Origin: Pseudomonadota bacterium
GTDB taxonomy: Bacteria > Pseudomonadota > Alphaproteobacteria > Rhizobiales > Xanthobacteraceae
Length of the DNA: 64,000 bases
Reading direction: 5' to 3'
Assembly: GCA_043811435.1 (NCBI GenBank)
Contig: JBDRNF010000055.1
Coordinates: 14,196 to 78,195, forward strand
Position 1 is the first letter of the stretch, and every line of letters starts with the position of its first letter. The notes below the pieces were generated by a model. That model did not search any database, was not told the DNA's origin, and worked only from the letters and a program-made list of their open reading frames with translations. A program made the position numbers and the translations under genes. This document shows positions 31,869 to 41,694 of the stretch, one piece after another.

Positions 31869-31891
31869 TGCAACCAGTGGCTCATGCGTCT
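31864..31891 (+). promoter_or_regulatory. candidate ECF-type promoter overlapping the sigma stop codon
   Basis: TGTAA-N18-CGTCT pointing into the downstream Crp/Fnr gene; ECF-like architecture by inference only. Confidence 0.4.
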
Positions 31892-32031
31892 TAATAGATG
31901 GAGAGGTGTACCCTTAATCTAGACCGGGCATCGTCGGAGTCGAAACCTCATGCGTGCTTCCGCGACCTGTCATCCACCCACTCCCCCGAGGCGAGGGAAC
32001 TCGCCTGCAAGACGGTGTGGGTGGTGCAAGG

Positions 32032-32799
32032 ATGGCAAACTCCCGAAGCGGATCAAGAAGACTTCCCGCCGATTGCGCGGCCTGTCGGGCGAGCGTCGAA
32101 GGCTTGTGTCAGGACTGCGCGCCGGAAGTACGCAGGGTGATTGCCAGCTTCAAGTCCCGCGATCGTGCGGTCACAGTCGGTGACGACCTGTTTCGGCCGG
32201 CTGAACCATGTGATGCAATCTATCATCTCGTTGACGGATGGATGTTCCTGTATAGCCTGATCGACAACGGACGCCGCCAAATCCTCCATTTCGCGCTCCC
32301 CGGGGCGCTGCTCGGCCTCTATCCCGGCAGGATCGCAGTCTACGGCGCCCAGGCTCTGACGGACGCTACTGTCTGCGTCATCCCGCACGAAAATCTCGGA
32401 CCTCTGATCGAGGAATACCCGGGAGTTGGGTTGCGTCTCGCCTGGATCGTCTGGCGCGAACGCAACCTTGCCTACGACCATTTGGCCAGTATCGGGCGGC
32501 GCTCGGCACGTGAACGCGTCGCGCGTTCGCTGCTTGAGCTGTTTGTCCGCTGCCGCATGCAGTGGCCGGCCCATCGTGCCGAGGAGATGTATCTCCCCCT
32601 AACGCAGGAGCACATCGGCGATGCGATCGGTCTCACCGGCGTCCATGTCAATCGGGTCCTGCATGGTCTTCGCGATGACGGGATTGTCGAGTTTCACTAT
32701 CGGCGGCTCCGGATTCTGAATCCCGACACGCTGGTGGACGTTGCCCGTGTCGATCCTCAGACGATCCTGTCATGGACTGGGCGCTATCCCTCTACCTAA
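32032..32799 (+). CDS. Crp/Fnr family transcriptional regulator, paralogue 2 (N-terminal Cys cluster, FnrN-like)
   Basis: CAAC-x7-CQDC near the N-terminus, central ATVCVIP Cys, HTH LPLTQEHIGDAIGLTGVHVNRVL; ATG 32032 preferred over 31954. Confidence 0.92.
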   Translation: MANSRSGSRRLPADCAACRASVEGLCQDCAPEVRRVIASFKSRDRAVTVGDDLFRPAEPCDAIYHLVDGWMFLYSLIDNGRRQILHFALPGALLGLYPGRIAVYGAQALTDATVCVIPHENLGPLIEEYPGVGLRLAWIVWRERNLAYDHLASIGRRSARERVARSLLELFVRCRMQWPAHRAEEMYLPLTQEHIGDAIGLTGVHVNRVLHGLRDDGIVEFHYRRLRILNPDTLVDVARVDPQTILSWTGRYPST

Positions 32800-32954
32800 G
32801 GCAAGTCCGCGCAGCAACGAGTCGCCGATCTTCCCCGCCGGTTACCCCTGGAGAAGGGCGAACAAGCAAGGCTGTTCTACTAAAAGCACGTCCAAGTTCG
32901 AGCGCAACATCGCGCTAACCCGCATTCTTTCTGATTTCGCTTTCGAGGCGATGC

Positions 32955-33173
32955 CTATTTGTTCTCTTGGCCTTTCGCGAGTGTCGATTGGCTTTCGACA
33001 TTGGGTGTCGGCGTCGTGCATGCCTGCGAAGACATAGTCTCCACCTCGGCCCGGAGCCAATGATCGACGTCGCAGCCGCGAGGGCTGCCTTCGCTCCGCC
33101 AAATCTCATATGCCCGTTGCTCGATTTTCGGCCGCAGCGTCTCGTCTGTCGATTGTTTCTCGTCGGCAACCAT
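32955..33173 (-). CDS. DUF2934 domain protein
   Basis: IEQRAYEIWRSEGSPRGCDVDHWLRAE. Confidence 0.85.
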   Translation of the reverse strand: MVADEKQSTDETLRPKIEQRAYEIWRSEGSPRGCDVDHWLRAEVETMSSQACTTPTPNVESQSTLAKGQENK

Positions 33174-33250
33174 TGCGTCACCCTCCCGCTTCCGTGGCGG
33201 AACAACCGCCGTCTCGCTCCTAAAAATCCTTCAAGCAATACGACCTGTCC

Positions 33251-33264
33251 TTGATCGATGTTTA
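33251..33264. promoter_or_regulatory. FNR/FixK-like box
   Basis: tcc-TTGAT-cgat-GTTTA-aca. Confidence 0.65.
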
Positions 33265-33443
33265 ACATTTTTCGAAAGGGGGCTCTGATGCAACCCATTA
33301 AAGGGGTGGGCGATCAGCGGCTGGCAAGGAAGGCGTGCCTTGCATGCTGGGACGCTGGGCCATTCGCTTCATAATCGGCCACGCCGACGGCGAGAAAATT
33401 TGCAGGAACCTCACCACCCCAGGGCGCACCGTGTCATACCCTG

Positions 33444-33488
33444 AGGGTCTTAGGGGTCTTAGGGGTCTTAGGCGTCTTTGGCGTCTTT
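33444..33488. repeat. 9-bp tandem repeat, five imperfect units
   Basis: agggtctta ggggtctta ggggtctta ggcgtcttt ggcgtcttt. Confidence 0.9.
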
Positions 33489-33597
33489 GCACCGATGGTC
33501 CCTACCCATTATATATCCGCCAGAAATTGGGCCATGATCAGCACAGCGCATCGACGCGGCAAGTAAACCAAACCGTCAGTGTCGACGATCGGTGCTC

Positions 33598-33801
33598 TTA
33601 TTCGTCGAGCACGAAAGTGATCTCCATCGTCACGCGATACTCGGAGATCTGTCCCTTATCGACCCTGGCTTTTTCCTCGATCACGTGAAATCCCGTAATG
33701 CCTCGCAAGGTCTTGCGTGCGCGCTCGATACCGGTGTGAATTGCTTCATGGAAGCTCTTTGACGAAGCTGCTGTAATCTTTGTCACCCGCGCGACGGTCA
33801 T
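33598..33801 (-). CDS. dodecin (flavin-binding) family protein
   Basis: MTVARVTKITAASSKSFHEAIHTGIERARKTLRGI...EYRVTMEITFVLDE; ATG 33801. Confidence 0.92.
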   Translation of the reverse strand: MTVARVTKITAASSKSFHEAIHTGIERARKTLRGITGFHVIEEKARVDKGQISEYRVTMEITFVLDE

Positions 33802-33919
33802 CGTATTCTCCTCGGCTCCGGCCGAGCACCATGTTTTTCCCGTGCTGGGGTGCAATTCCCTGCACTTCCTTGCAAATAACACCGCCCGGGAATGCAGGGA
33901 ATTTACATCTACTCGGGCA

Positions 33920-34290
33920 TCAGTGCTGCATTCTCGCTTCGGCGGGAAGGGCGTACAATTCCCACCCTGCGACGCAGAGAACGAGCAGGCCGATGATCGG
34001 CGCATTCCACGTCGTCACCGGATCGCTGCTGAAACCCAGGACCCACCGTGAGACGACAAGCCAGATGCCGATCACAGCGTTGGTTCATTCCCCCACTTTT
34101 GCACCTGATACAGGGCGGCAGCGGCGAGCACCGCGATAATGCCGCCGGAGATCCAGGCGTTCCATGCCGCCGTCGATGCGGTGGAGAACTGGAGAACCCA
34201 AGGTGAAGCGATCAGCTATAGCCCAAGGACCAAGTTTGTCCAGTCCTCCCAGGTATTAGACTGCCCCCCTCCGCGGGACGTTCCCTACGA
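33920..34290 (-). pseudogene. SPW-repeat membrane protein pseudogene
   Basis: WEDWTNLVLGL*LIASPWVLQF...AAWNAWISG, then a frameshift, then NAVIGIWLVVSRWVLGFS...TWNA; 5' boundary approximate. Confidence 0.8.
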
Positions 34291-34322
34291 TTCAACCTCC
34301 CATGTTTATACGATTACGTCCT

Positions 34323-34379
34323 AAAGTCCTTCGACCACAACAATCTGTCTTTGGTCGAAGTTTAAGAGTTTCCGAGATG
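34323..34379 (+). repeat. 57-bp imperfect direct repeat, copy A, containing the FNR-like box at 34351-34364
   Basis: 47/57 identical to 36891-36947 by manual alignment; box tct-TTGGT-cgaa-GTTTA-aga. Confidence 0.85.
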
Positions 34380-34470
34380 ACCTCCATGAAATCGCGACTA
34401 CCTGCTTGTCAAACGCCTTGGTATCTGACTGATAAGGCGTACCCCCCTCGAGCCCGTATGAGTACACGCA

Positions 34471-35676
34471 ATGATCGACAGACACAGTCGTCCGAGCCCT
34501 CCTGACGGCGAGTGCGATGGCGAACTCCACACCGCGCAGTCGCAGGTGGACGTCGCAGACGAACGCGCATCGATTTGTGTGCCATCGCTCCACGAAGGAC
34601 ATGGCGCCTTCCAGCTCTTTACCGAAGGAGACGAGCTCTACGACGCCATGATCAGCTCCATCGAAGGCGCCGAGCGTGACATCGAAATGGAATCGTACAT
34701 TTTCGCGCCAGACGAGGTGGGTCGGCGCTTTGCCGCTGCGCTTGCAGCCAAGGCCCTGGCTGGCATTCATGTCCGCTTGCACCTCGACGCATTCGGATCC
34801 GGCTCCCCGGCTTTCGATGTCATTCGCCGCAAGCTCGAACTCGCCGGCGTAAGGTTCAAGTGGTTTCACCCCTTTCGCTGGCTTCACCCGCTGGAGTACA
34901 TTCAGCGAAACCACCGTAAGCTGCTTGTTGTCGATGGCCGGGAAGCGTTTCTCGGCGGCTTCAATATTCGCCGATTGAACTCGCGCCAGCTTTTCGGCGA
35001 GAAGCGACAGCGCGACACCCATGTCCGAGTCCCGGGAGAGCTTGCGCGCGTGGCCTCCGCTCTGTTCGACCGGCTTTGGAACGGCGCGACACCCATTCAG
35101 CCCGACGCCATTCCGGAAACGCCCACGGGCCTCGAAGCGCTGCTCGTGCCGAGCTCGTCGCGCCTCTGTCGGCAGCGCCTTGCGTGCCTGCACGCCGGCC
35201 TGATCGAAAGGTCGCGGCGCTATTTGGTTTTCACATCGCCCTATTTTACGCCTGGAACGCTTGTCGAAATGGCGCTTCGGAACGCAGCAAAACGCGGTGT
35301 CGAGGTGCGCCTGCTGGTTCCCCGCACCGGCGATCCGCCGGTCGCAGGCTGGGCGACGCGCGCTTCCTACGAACCGCTTCTGGCGGCTGGGGCGCGCGTT
35401 TACGAGTACCTGGCGCGCCAACTGCACGCCAAGGCCTCCGTGGTCGATGGCGAATGGAGCGTAATCGGGTCGGCGAACCTCGATCACTTGAGCCTGTTCG
35501 TGAACCAGGAGCTGGTCCTGATCGCACGGGACCGGGACTTGGCGGAAGCGCTACGCGCCCAGCATGAACAGGATCTTCACGATGCGGGTGAGGTCACGCT
35601 GCCGCGGTGGCGGCTTCGTGGCTGGAGCGAGCGTGGCCTTGAGATGCTCGGCAGGGCGGCGCGCCGCTTTCTTTGA
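34471..35676 (+). CDS. cls: phospholipase D family cardiolipin synthase (ClsB-like)
   Basis: Two HKD motifs (RNHRKLLVVDG, LHAKASVVDG), SPYF, IGSANLD. Confidence 0.88.
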   Translation: MIDRHSRPSPPDGECDGELHTAQSQVDVADERASICVPSLHEGHGAFQLFTEGDELYDAMISSIEGAERDIEMESYIFAPDEVGRRFAAALAAKALAGIHVRLHLDAFGSGSPAFDVIRRKLELAGVRFKWFHPFRWLHPLEYIQRNHRKLLVVDGREAFLGGFNIRRLNSRQLFGEKRQRDTHVRVPGELARVASALFDRLWNGATPIQPDAIPETPTGLEALLVPSSSRLCRQRLACLHAGLIERSRRYLVFTSPYFTPGTLVEMALRNAAKRGVEVRLLVPRTGDPPVAGWATRASYEPLLAAGARVYEYLARQLHAKASVVDGEWSVIGSANLDHLSLFVNQELVLIARDRDLAEALRAQHEQDLHDAGEVTLPRWRLRGWSERGLEMLGRAARRFL

Positions 35677-36025
35677 AATCGTCGCATCTCGTGCGGGCAC
35701 GAGCTGGATTGCGCCAGCGAGGTCCCGAAAGCTGTTCAACAGACAGGGCCGACATAGCGGTCAATCGCGGTGCGCCTCTCGACGGCTTGGCCCGAGATCC
35801 CGCGCAATAGGCGCGGCCCGCGCCGAGTCGGTGATAGGTTCGTGCGCGCCGCAACAGCCCGCAAAGCCCCCAATCACCTCCGACAGCTGCGCCGCCTATT
35901 GCACCAACGGCCGCCGAAACCATCGGGCTCAAGGATAGAGATTCGAGTCCCAGCCAGCACTGCGTGCCGAACGCCTTCGCGCCTCTCACGGCGACTGCTG
36001 CCATGCACTCCGCACGAGGGCGAGT

Positions 36026-36796
36026 TCAATGCTTATCACTTTGCCGGGAAAATGCATCGAAGAACCGGCCGAATTCCACGGGGAAGGGGAACACGATGGT
36101 CGAGCTTTTCTCTCCGGCAATACTGCCCAATGTGCCGAGATAACGCAGCTGCATGGCCTCGGGGCGGGTGGACAGGATCTCGGCGGCTTCCAGCAGCTTT
36201 TGCGCCGCCTGCTGTTCGCCTTCCGCGTTGATGACCCTGGCGCGGCGCTCGCGCTCGGCCTCGGCTTGCCTGGCAATCGCGCGGACCATGCTCTCCTCGA
36301 TATCGACATGCTTGATCTCGACATTGGCGACCTTGATGCCCCAGGCGGTGGTTTGTGCATCGATGATCTCCTGGATATCCTTGTTCAGCTTGTCCCGCTC
36401 GGCGAGCATCTCATCGAGCTCGTGCTTGCCGAGCACCGAGCGCAGCGTGGTCTGTGCGAGCTGGCCAGTCGCCTCCATGTACCGCTCCACCTGGATGATT
36501 GCGCGCTCCGGATCGACCACCTTGAAGTAGATCACGGCGTTGACGTGGACGGAGACGTTGTCGCGCGAAATCACATCCTGGGTCGGCACCTCGAGAACGA
36601 TCGTTCGCAGGTCGACACGAGCGATCACCTGTACGAAGGGAAAGATCAGGATCAGGCCAGGACCCTTGACGCCGGTGAAGCGGCCGAGCGTGAAGACGAC
36701 CGCACGTTCATATTCACGAAGGATGCGGATCGCGCTCGCCAGGAGCCCAAGGACGACGACAATTATAACGATCGCGAGGATGAGATTATCTGGCAT
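36026..36796 (-). CDS. SPFH/band 7 (stomatin-like) membrane protein
   Basis: [42 protein letters not shown]; ATG 36796 with RBS GAAGGAG. Confidence 0.94.
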   Translation of the reverse strand: MPDNLILAIVIIVVVLGLLASAIRILREYERAVVFTLGRFTGVKGPGLILIFPFVQVIARVDLRTIVLEVPTQDVISRDNVSVHVNAVIYFKVVDPERAIIQVERYMEATGQLAQTTLRSVLGKHELDEMLAERDKLNKDIQEIIDAQTTAWGIKVANVEIKHVDIEESMVRAIARQAEAERERRARVINAEGEQQAAQKLLEAAEILSTRPEAMQLRYLGTLGSIAGEKSSTIVFPFPVEFGRFFDAFSRQSDKH

Positions 36797-36890
36797 CGTA
36801 CGCTCCTTCAATTCTTGATGGGGCCATCCAGCTCAACCTCCAACATCAGAGCCGCCTGCGGCCGGTCGGACAATCTCTCCATCGGCAGCA

Positions 36891-36947
36891 AAACTCCTTC
36901 GGCCAAGGCGATCTGTCTTTGATCGAAGTTTAAGACGCTCCGAGATG
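36891..36947 (+). repeat. 57-bp imperfect direct repeat, copy B, containing the FNR-like box at 36919-36932
   Basis: Box tct-TTGAT-cgaa-GTTTA-aga; see copy A. Confidence 0.85.
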
Positions 36948-37108
36948 CGTTGATAAAACTACGACACGGAGGGCGGCGGCCAACTAAGAAGAAGTGTCCT
37001 GCATGCTTGGACTTACCGAAATTCGCATGCATGAGTGGTCAAGCCTGCCGCGCGACAAAAATTCCGGCAATTTCGCCACCGCGGCACCGCGCAACACGGA
37101 CGGTATAA

Positions 37109-37947
<839 letters not shown>

Positions 37948-37956
37948 GGACTACCC

Positions 37957-38180
37957 ATGCCAAGGCGTCGAATGCTGGTTCTGGTACGTCACGGTCAAAG
38001 CGACGGCAATCGACGTAATGTATTCACCGGTTGGTCCGATCTGCCGCTCACCGCTCAGGGGTGCGAGGAGGCCCGCGCCGCTGGGCGGCGTCTTGCCGCG
38101 CTGGGAATCCGCTTCGATGCTGCATTCACTTCCGCGCTGACGAGGGCGGCGAGAAGCTGTGAGTTGATCCTCGGTGCGGG
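37957..38180 (+). pseudogene. gpmA: 2,3-BPG-dependent phosphoglycerate mutase, N-terminal third only
   Basis: [21 protein letters not shown]...[12 protein letters not shown], then runs into the antisense of nhaA. Confidence 0.88.
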
Positions 38181-38244
38181 ATGGCTCGCGGCCAGTTGCC
38201 GTCTTCACCCGGACTTGAGCGACTTCTCAGTTTGTCCGGTGCAG

Positions 38245-39405
38245 TCACCGTGCTCTGGTTGCGATATGGAGGATCAACAGGCCCGTGAGGGCCGAAAAGA
38301 ACGATCCGGTCAGGACGGCAAGCTTTGCGTTCATCACCATCTCTGGGGCGGTAAAGGCCAGGGTGGCCACGAACAGGCTCATGGTGAAGCCAATTCCGGC
38401 AATGATGGCCACGCCATGCATCTGCAACCAAGTAGTGCCGTGCGGCAGTCTTGCGACGCCAAGCTGCGTGGCCAGCCACACGGCGCCCATGATGCCAAGC
38501 GGCTTGCCGAGAAACAATCCGAGAATGATTCCCAGTGAGATAGGCGTGGCGAGAGCTTCGACTGCGCGGATGTCAATCACAACGCCGGAGTTGAAGAAGG
38601 CGAACATTGGTACGATGACCAGAGCGACCCAAGGGGTCAATGCCTGTTCGACGTGCCGTAGCGGCGAGCTGTCAATGTACGAAGGTGCGCGCATCGGGAT
38701 GGCCGCGCCAATGAGCACGCCGGCCAACGCTGCCTCGAGACCCGAATTCAGCATAGCCACCCAGAGTGCGCCGCCGATCGCAACATAGGGCCAGACGCGG
38801 GCAATCGCATGTCGATTGAGGAGCCACAGCCCACCAACGGCAAGCGCGACGACGACAAGCGGAGTAAAGACCAGGCCGTTTCCATAGAACAAGCCGATGA
38901 TCAGGACCGCGCCGATATCATCGAAGATCGCGAGAGCCATCAGGAAGGCCTTGAGAGGGACCGGGACCCGCCGACCCAGCAACGACAAGACACCCAGGGC
39001 GAGCACGATGTCTGTTGCTGTCGGGATCGCCCAACCCCGAACGGAAGTAGGGTCGACCCAGGTCAGGGCGACATAGATCAACGCGGGCACCATCATCCCG
39101 CCGATCGCGGCATAGGCCGGCAAACTGGCCTGCCTCAGCGTCGATAAATGTCCCTCAAGCAACTCTCTCTTGAGCTCAGTACCGACGAGCAGGAAGAAGA
39201 AGACCATGAGGCCTTCGTTGACCCAAAGGATTACCGGCTCATCAGACGTCCATGACCCAATGCCAATATGGACCGTTGCGTGGTGGGAAACATCGTAAAG
39301 GGGCGCGAGCGGCGAGTTCTTGGCAGCCACTCCAAGCGCGATCGCGGCGACAATGATCAAGCCTGAAACCTGTTCGAGGCGGAAATGAACCGGCAGATAT
39401 TTCAT
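38245..39405 (-). CDS. nhaA: Na+/H+ antiporter NhaA
   Basis: [53 protein letters not shown]. Confidence 0.95.
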   Translation of the reverse strand: MKYLPVHFRLEQVSGLIIVAAIALGVAAKNSPLAPLYDVSHHATVHIGIGSWTSDEPVILWVNEGLMVFFFLLVGTELKRELLEGHLSTLRQASLPAYAAIGGMMVPALIYVALTWVDPTSVRGWAIPTATDIVLALGVLSLLGRRVPVPLKAFLMALAIFDDIGAVLIIGLFYGNGLVFTPLVVVALAVGGLWLLNRHAIARVWPYVAIGGALWVAMLNSGLEAALAGVLIGAAIPMRAPSYIDSSPLRHVEQALTPWVALVIVPMFAFFNSGVVIDIRAVEALATPISLGIILGLFLGKPLGIMGAVWLATQLGVARLPHGTTWLQMHGVAIIAGIGFTMSLFVATLAFTAPEMVMNAKLAVLTGSFFSALTGLLILHIATRAR

Positions 39406-39822
39406 ACGTCTGGCATCTCGCTCAGAGATCGAGCCCCATCATCGTCCGATCGATGGATGCGCCGCCGCGCCCGACGTCTTCGCGCCCGCACGACGCTCGG
39501 CAGCGATATTGCGGAAATACCTGAACTGAGAGCTGCGGTCAACGTGGCCCCCTGGTCGAAGCGGCGTGGGGACGAGTATTACACCTGACGCGTCGGGAGC
39601 TTCTTCGCAGGAGGTACTCCACCCATCTCGCGATGAAGAGTGGGCGTCGGCATCGTGGTGAACATCTCCTCGCAATTGACCAGCCGCCGGCCCGTGTTTC
39701 TTCCTGGCTGGTCCGGTGCTCAGGCATGAGTAACAGCATATCAGCGTCGACCTTCGGGAAATCGGTATCCGGCCTCTCGGCCGCTATCATGGTAGCTGGG
39801 AACTCGCTCTCGGCCCTGATGT

Positions 39823-39836
39823 TTAACCCCGGTCAA
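39823..39836. promoter_or_regulatory. FNR/FixK-like box
   Basis: reverse strand tct-TTGAC-cggg-GTTAA-aca. Confidence 0.75.
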
Positions 39837-39894
39837 AGAGCCCCCCGCCGGCATTGTCTATCGCGGATCAATGACAATGAGCGTATAGAATATC

Positions 39895-40086
39895 ATGGAA
39901 CAGTGTTCTCATGCGACAATGTTTCCCGATGTATCGCCGGAACAGCGAGCCTCCCACGACTTGGTGAAACGCATCCGCAAGCTGCGCTGGATAGGGATGG
40001 AGCAAGAGGCGCAGCGATTGCAGACCGCGCTTCGTGGCGGCGAGGTGATAGACAGCGTGTCCACTGGCGCTCACCAGACAGACTAG
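39895..40086 (+). CDS. small hypothetical protein
   Basis: LVKRIRKLRWIGMEQEAQRLQ looks like a small rhizobial hypothetical family; lies directly downstream of a box. Confidence 0.6.
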   Translation: MEQCSHATMFPDVSPEQRASHDLVKRIRKLRWIGMEQEAQRLQTALRGGEVIDSVSTGAHQTD

Positions 40087-40205
40087 CGCCAACACCATCC
40101 GGCTCCTGATCGCGGCCGTGTTCTATTGCCGCATTTCGCTGGCAAGCCGCTCGCGCGAGAGACGATGCACTAAGCGGTCTCAGTGATGCTCCGATTGGAA
40201 TCTCT

Positions 40206-40219
40206 TTAACCTCCATCAA
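40206..40219. promoter_or_regulatory. FNR/FixK-like box upstream of the MFS-PFOR operon
   Basis: reverse strand tct-TTGAT-ggag-GTTAA-aga. Confidence 0.8.
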
Positions 40220-40408
40220 AGATGCCGAGGACCTGGGCGTTGTTCAATTGGCTATCGACAACTGCCAACCGCGCTACGAACTACCGCGGCGTCACCTTGC
40301 GACGATGTTCGTTTCCCTCTCTCTGCGAAGGGGCCTGCATCTTTATGCTTCGGTTGCACGGTGAGCAGTCGTTTCGGGTGACGTCGTACAACGTGCAAGG
40401 GAACAGCC

Positions 40409-41674
40409 ATGACGTTTCCCAAAATCGCCGCGAGGAGCAGTCAAGAAGGATCGAGTGCTGCCTTTGTCATCGCCTGGCTCCTATGTCTGGTCTTCTTTTT
40501 CTTGACCTACATGTTACGCTCGGCTCCAGGCGTCATGATTCCGGAGTTGTCTACTGCCTTTGGACTCACAGCGCTCGGTGTCAGCTCACTGCTCGGGCTC
40601 TACTACTACGCTCTCGCCGCCTTCTCGATTGTCGCTGGAGCGTCGTTCGATCGCTATGGTGCGGGGCTTGCGCTCCCTATCAGCGTTTTCATCGTCGCTG
40701 CCGGTAGCGCTTTATTCGCCCTGAGCGGAGTCGGAATTGCTGGCACGGGACGGCTGTTGCAGGGTGCCGGTTCGGCCTTCGCCTTCACCGGCGCGGTCTA
40801 TCTCGCCGCCCATGCGTTTTCTGCCCGGTGGTTGGCGACTGTCATTGGCCTCACGCAGGCCGCCGGGCTGCTTGGTGGTTTCGCCGGGCAGTTCGCGGTC
40901 GGTCCGCTCGTGCAGGAGCTTATCATCTGGCAGGCCTTTTGGATCTACGTTGGTGTGGCAGCCGGCATCATCGCCCTGCTGTTTTTATTCATCACGCCGG
41001 GAACTCATGCGCCGACGCGCGGTTCCTTCTGGACGATGTTCGCGCCCTACAAGGTCATCCTGAGCAACCCGCAATCCTATCTGTGCGGCATCATTGCGGG
41101 CTTGCTGTTCATGCCGACGACCATTGGCAACATGATCTGGGGCGTGCCCTTCCTGCGCCTAAGCCTCGGCGTCGAGGTAGCGGACGCCATCGCGCGTTCC
41201 TCCATGGTCCCGCTCGGATGGGTGATCGGCGCGCCCCTGCTGGGCTATCTCGCGGATTGGTGGGGACGTCGCAAACCAGTATTGGCAGGCGCGATCATGC
41301 TCATGCTGGCCGCTGGCATCGTGCTAGTCTATCTGCATCACTACCTATCCCCCAGCATTGGCGGCCTGCTGTTCGGCATCGCCTCCGGCGCAGCGATGAT
41401 CCCCTACACGATAGCCAAAGAGGTCAATCCTGATCACGCGAAGGCCAGCACCGCAGGGGCGATGAACTTCCTGGTCTTCACTTTCAGCGCCGTCCTGGGC
41501 CCGGTTTTCGGCCTTGCGCTCGAGCGACTCTCCGGGGCTGAGGCGCTCACGCTGCGGTCATTTCACTTGGCCGATCTGATTTGGGCCGGCGGGATCGTGC
41601 TGTCGCTCATCTTGACATTCTTCCTGCGCGAGACTGGTGCGGCGGCAAGGCCAGCGCCGGCGCGTGCGTCCTAG
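40409..41674 (+). CDS. MFS transporter
   Basis: About 12 TM segments; GASFDRYG and GYLADWWGRRKP MFS motifs. Confidence 0.92.
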   Translation: MTFPKIAARSSQEGSSAAFVIAWLLCLVFFFLTYMLRSAPGVMIPELSTAFGLTALGVSSLLGLYYYALAAFSIVAGASFDRYGAGLALPISVFIVAAGSALFALSGVGIAGTGRLLQGAGSAFAFTGAVYLAAHAFSARWLATVIGLTQAAGLLGGFAGQFAVGPLVQELIIWQAFWIYVGVAAGIIALLFLFITPGTHAPTRGSFWTMFAPYKVILSNPQSYLCGIIAGLLFMPTTIGNMIWGVPFLRLSLGVEVADAIARSSMVPLGWVIGAPLLGYLADWWGRRKPVLAGAIMLMLAAGIVLVYLHHYLSPSIGGLLFGIASGAAMIPYTIAKEVNPDHAKASTAGAMNFLVFTFSAVLGPVFGLALERLSGAEALTLRSFHLADLIWAGGIVLSLILTFFLRETGAAARPAPARAS

Positions 41675-41694
41675 ACCATGGCGGGAGCTCCCAC

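Noticed and set aside
31914-31927. TTAAT-ctag-ACCGG as an autoregulatory box for paralogue 2
   Set aside because: Only one half-site matches; not counted among the 19 boxes.
34321-35487. 388-aa minus-strand ORF
   Set aside because: Antisense shadow of the cardiolipin synthase gene.
35594-36004. 136-aa minus-strand ORF downstream of the SPFH gene (possible NfeD partner)
   Set aside because: Only a short hydrophobic stretch, overlaps the cls 3' end, and no recognisable NfeD motif.
33444-36947. Repeats considered as a CRISPR array or IS ends
   Set aside because: No regularly spaced repeat-spacer units, no cas genes, and no terminal inverted repeats with a transposase.
37957-38538. 193-aa gpmA ORF as an intact gene
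   Set aside because: Similarity ends after about 73 aa and the rest is mostly antisense to nhaA.
39439-39790. Two short minus-strand ORFs between the box at 39823 and nhaA
   Set aside because: Possibly a decayed gene, but I could not recognise a family.
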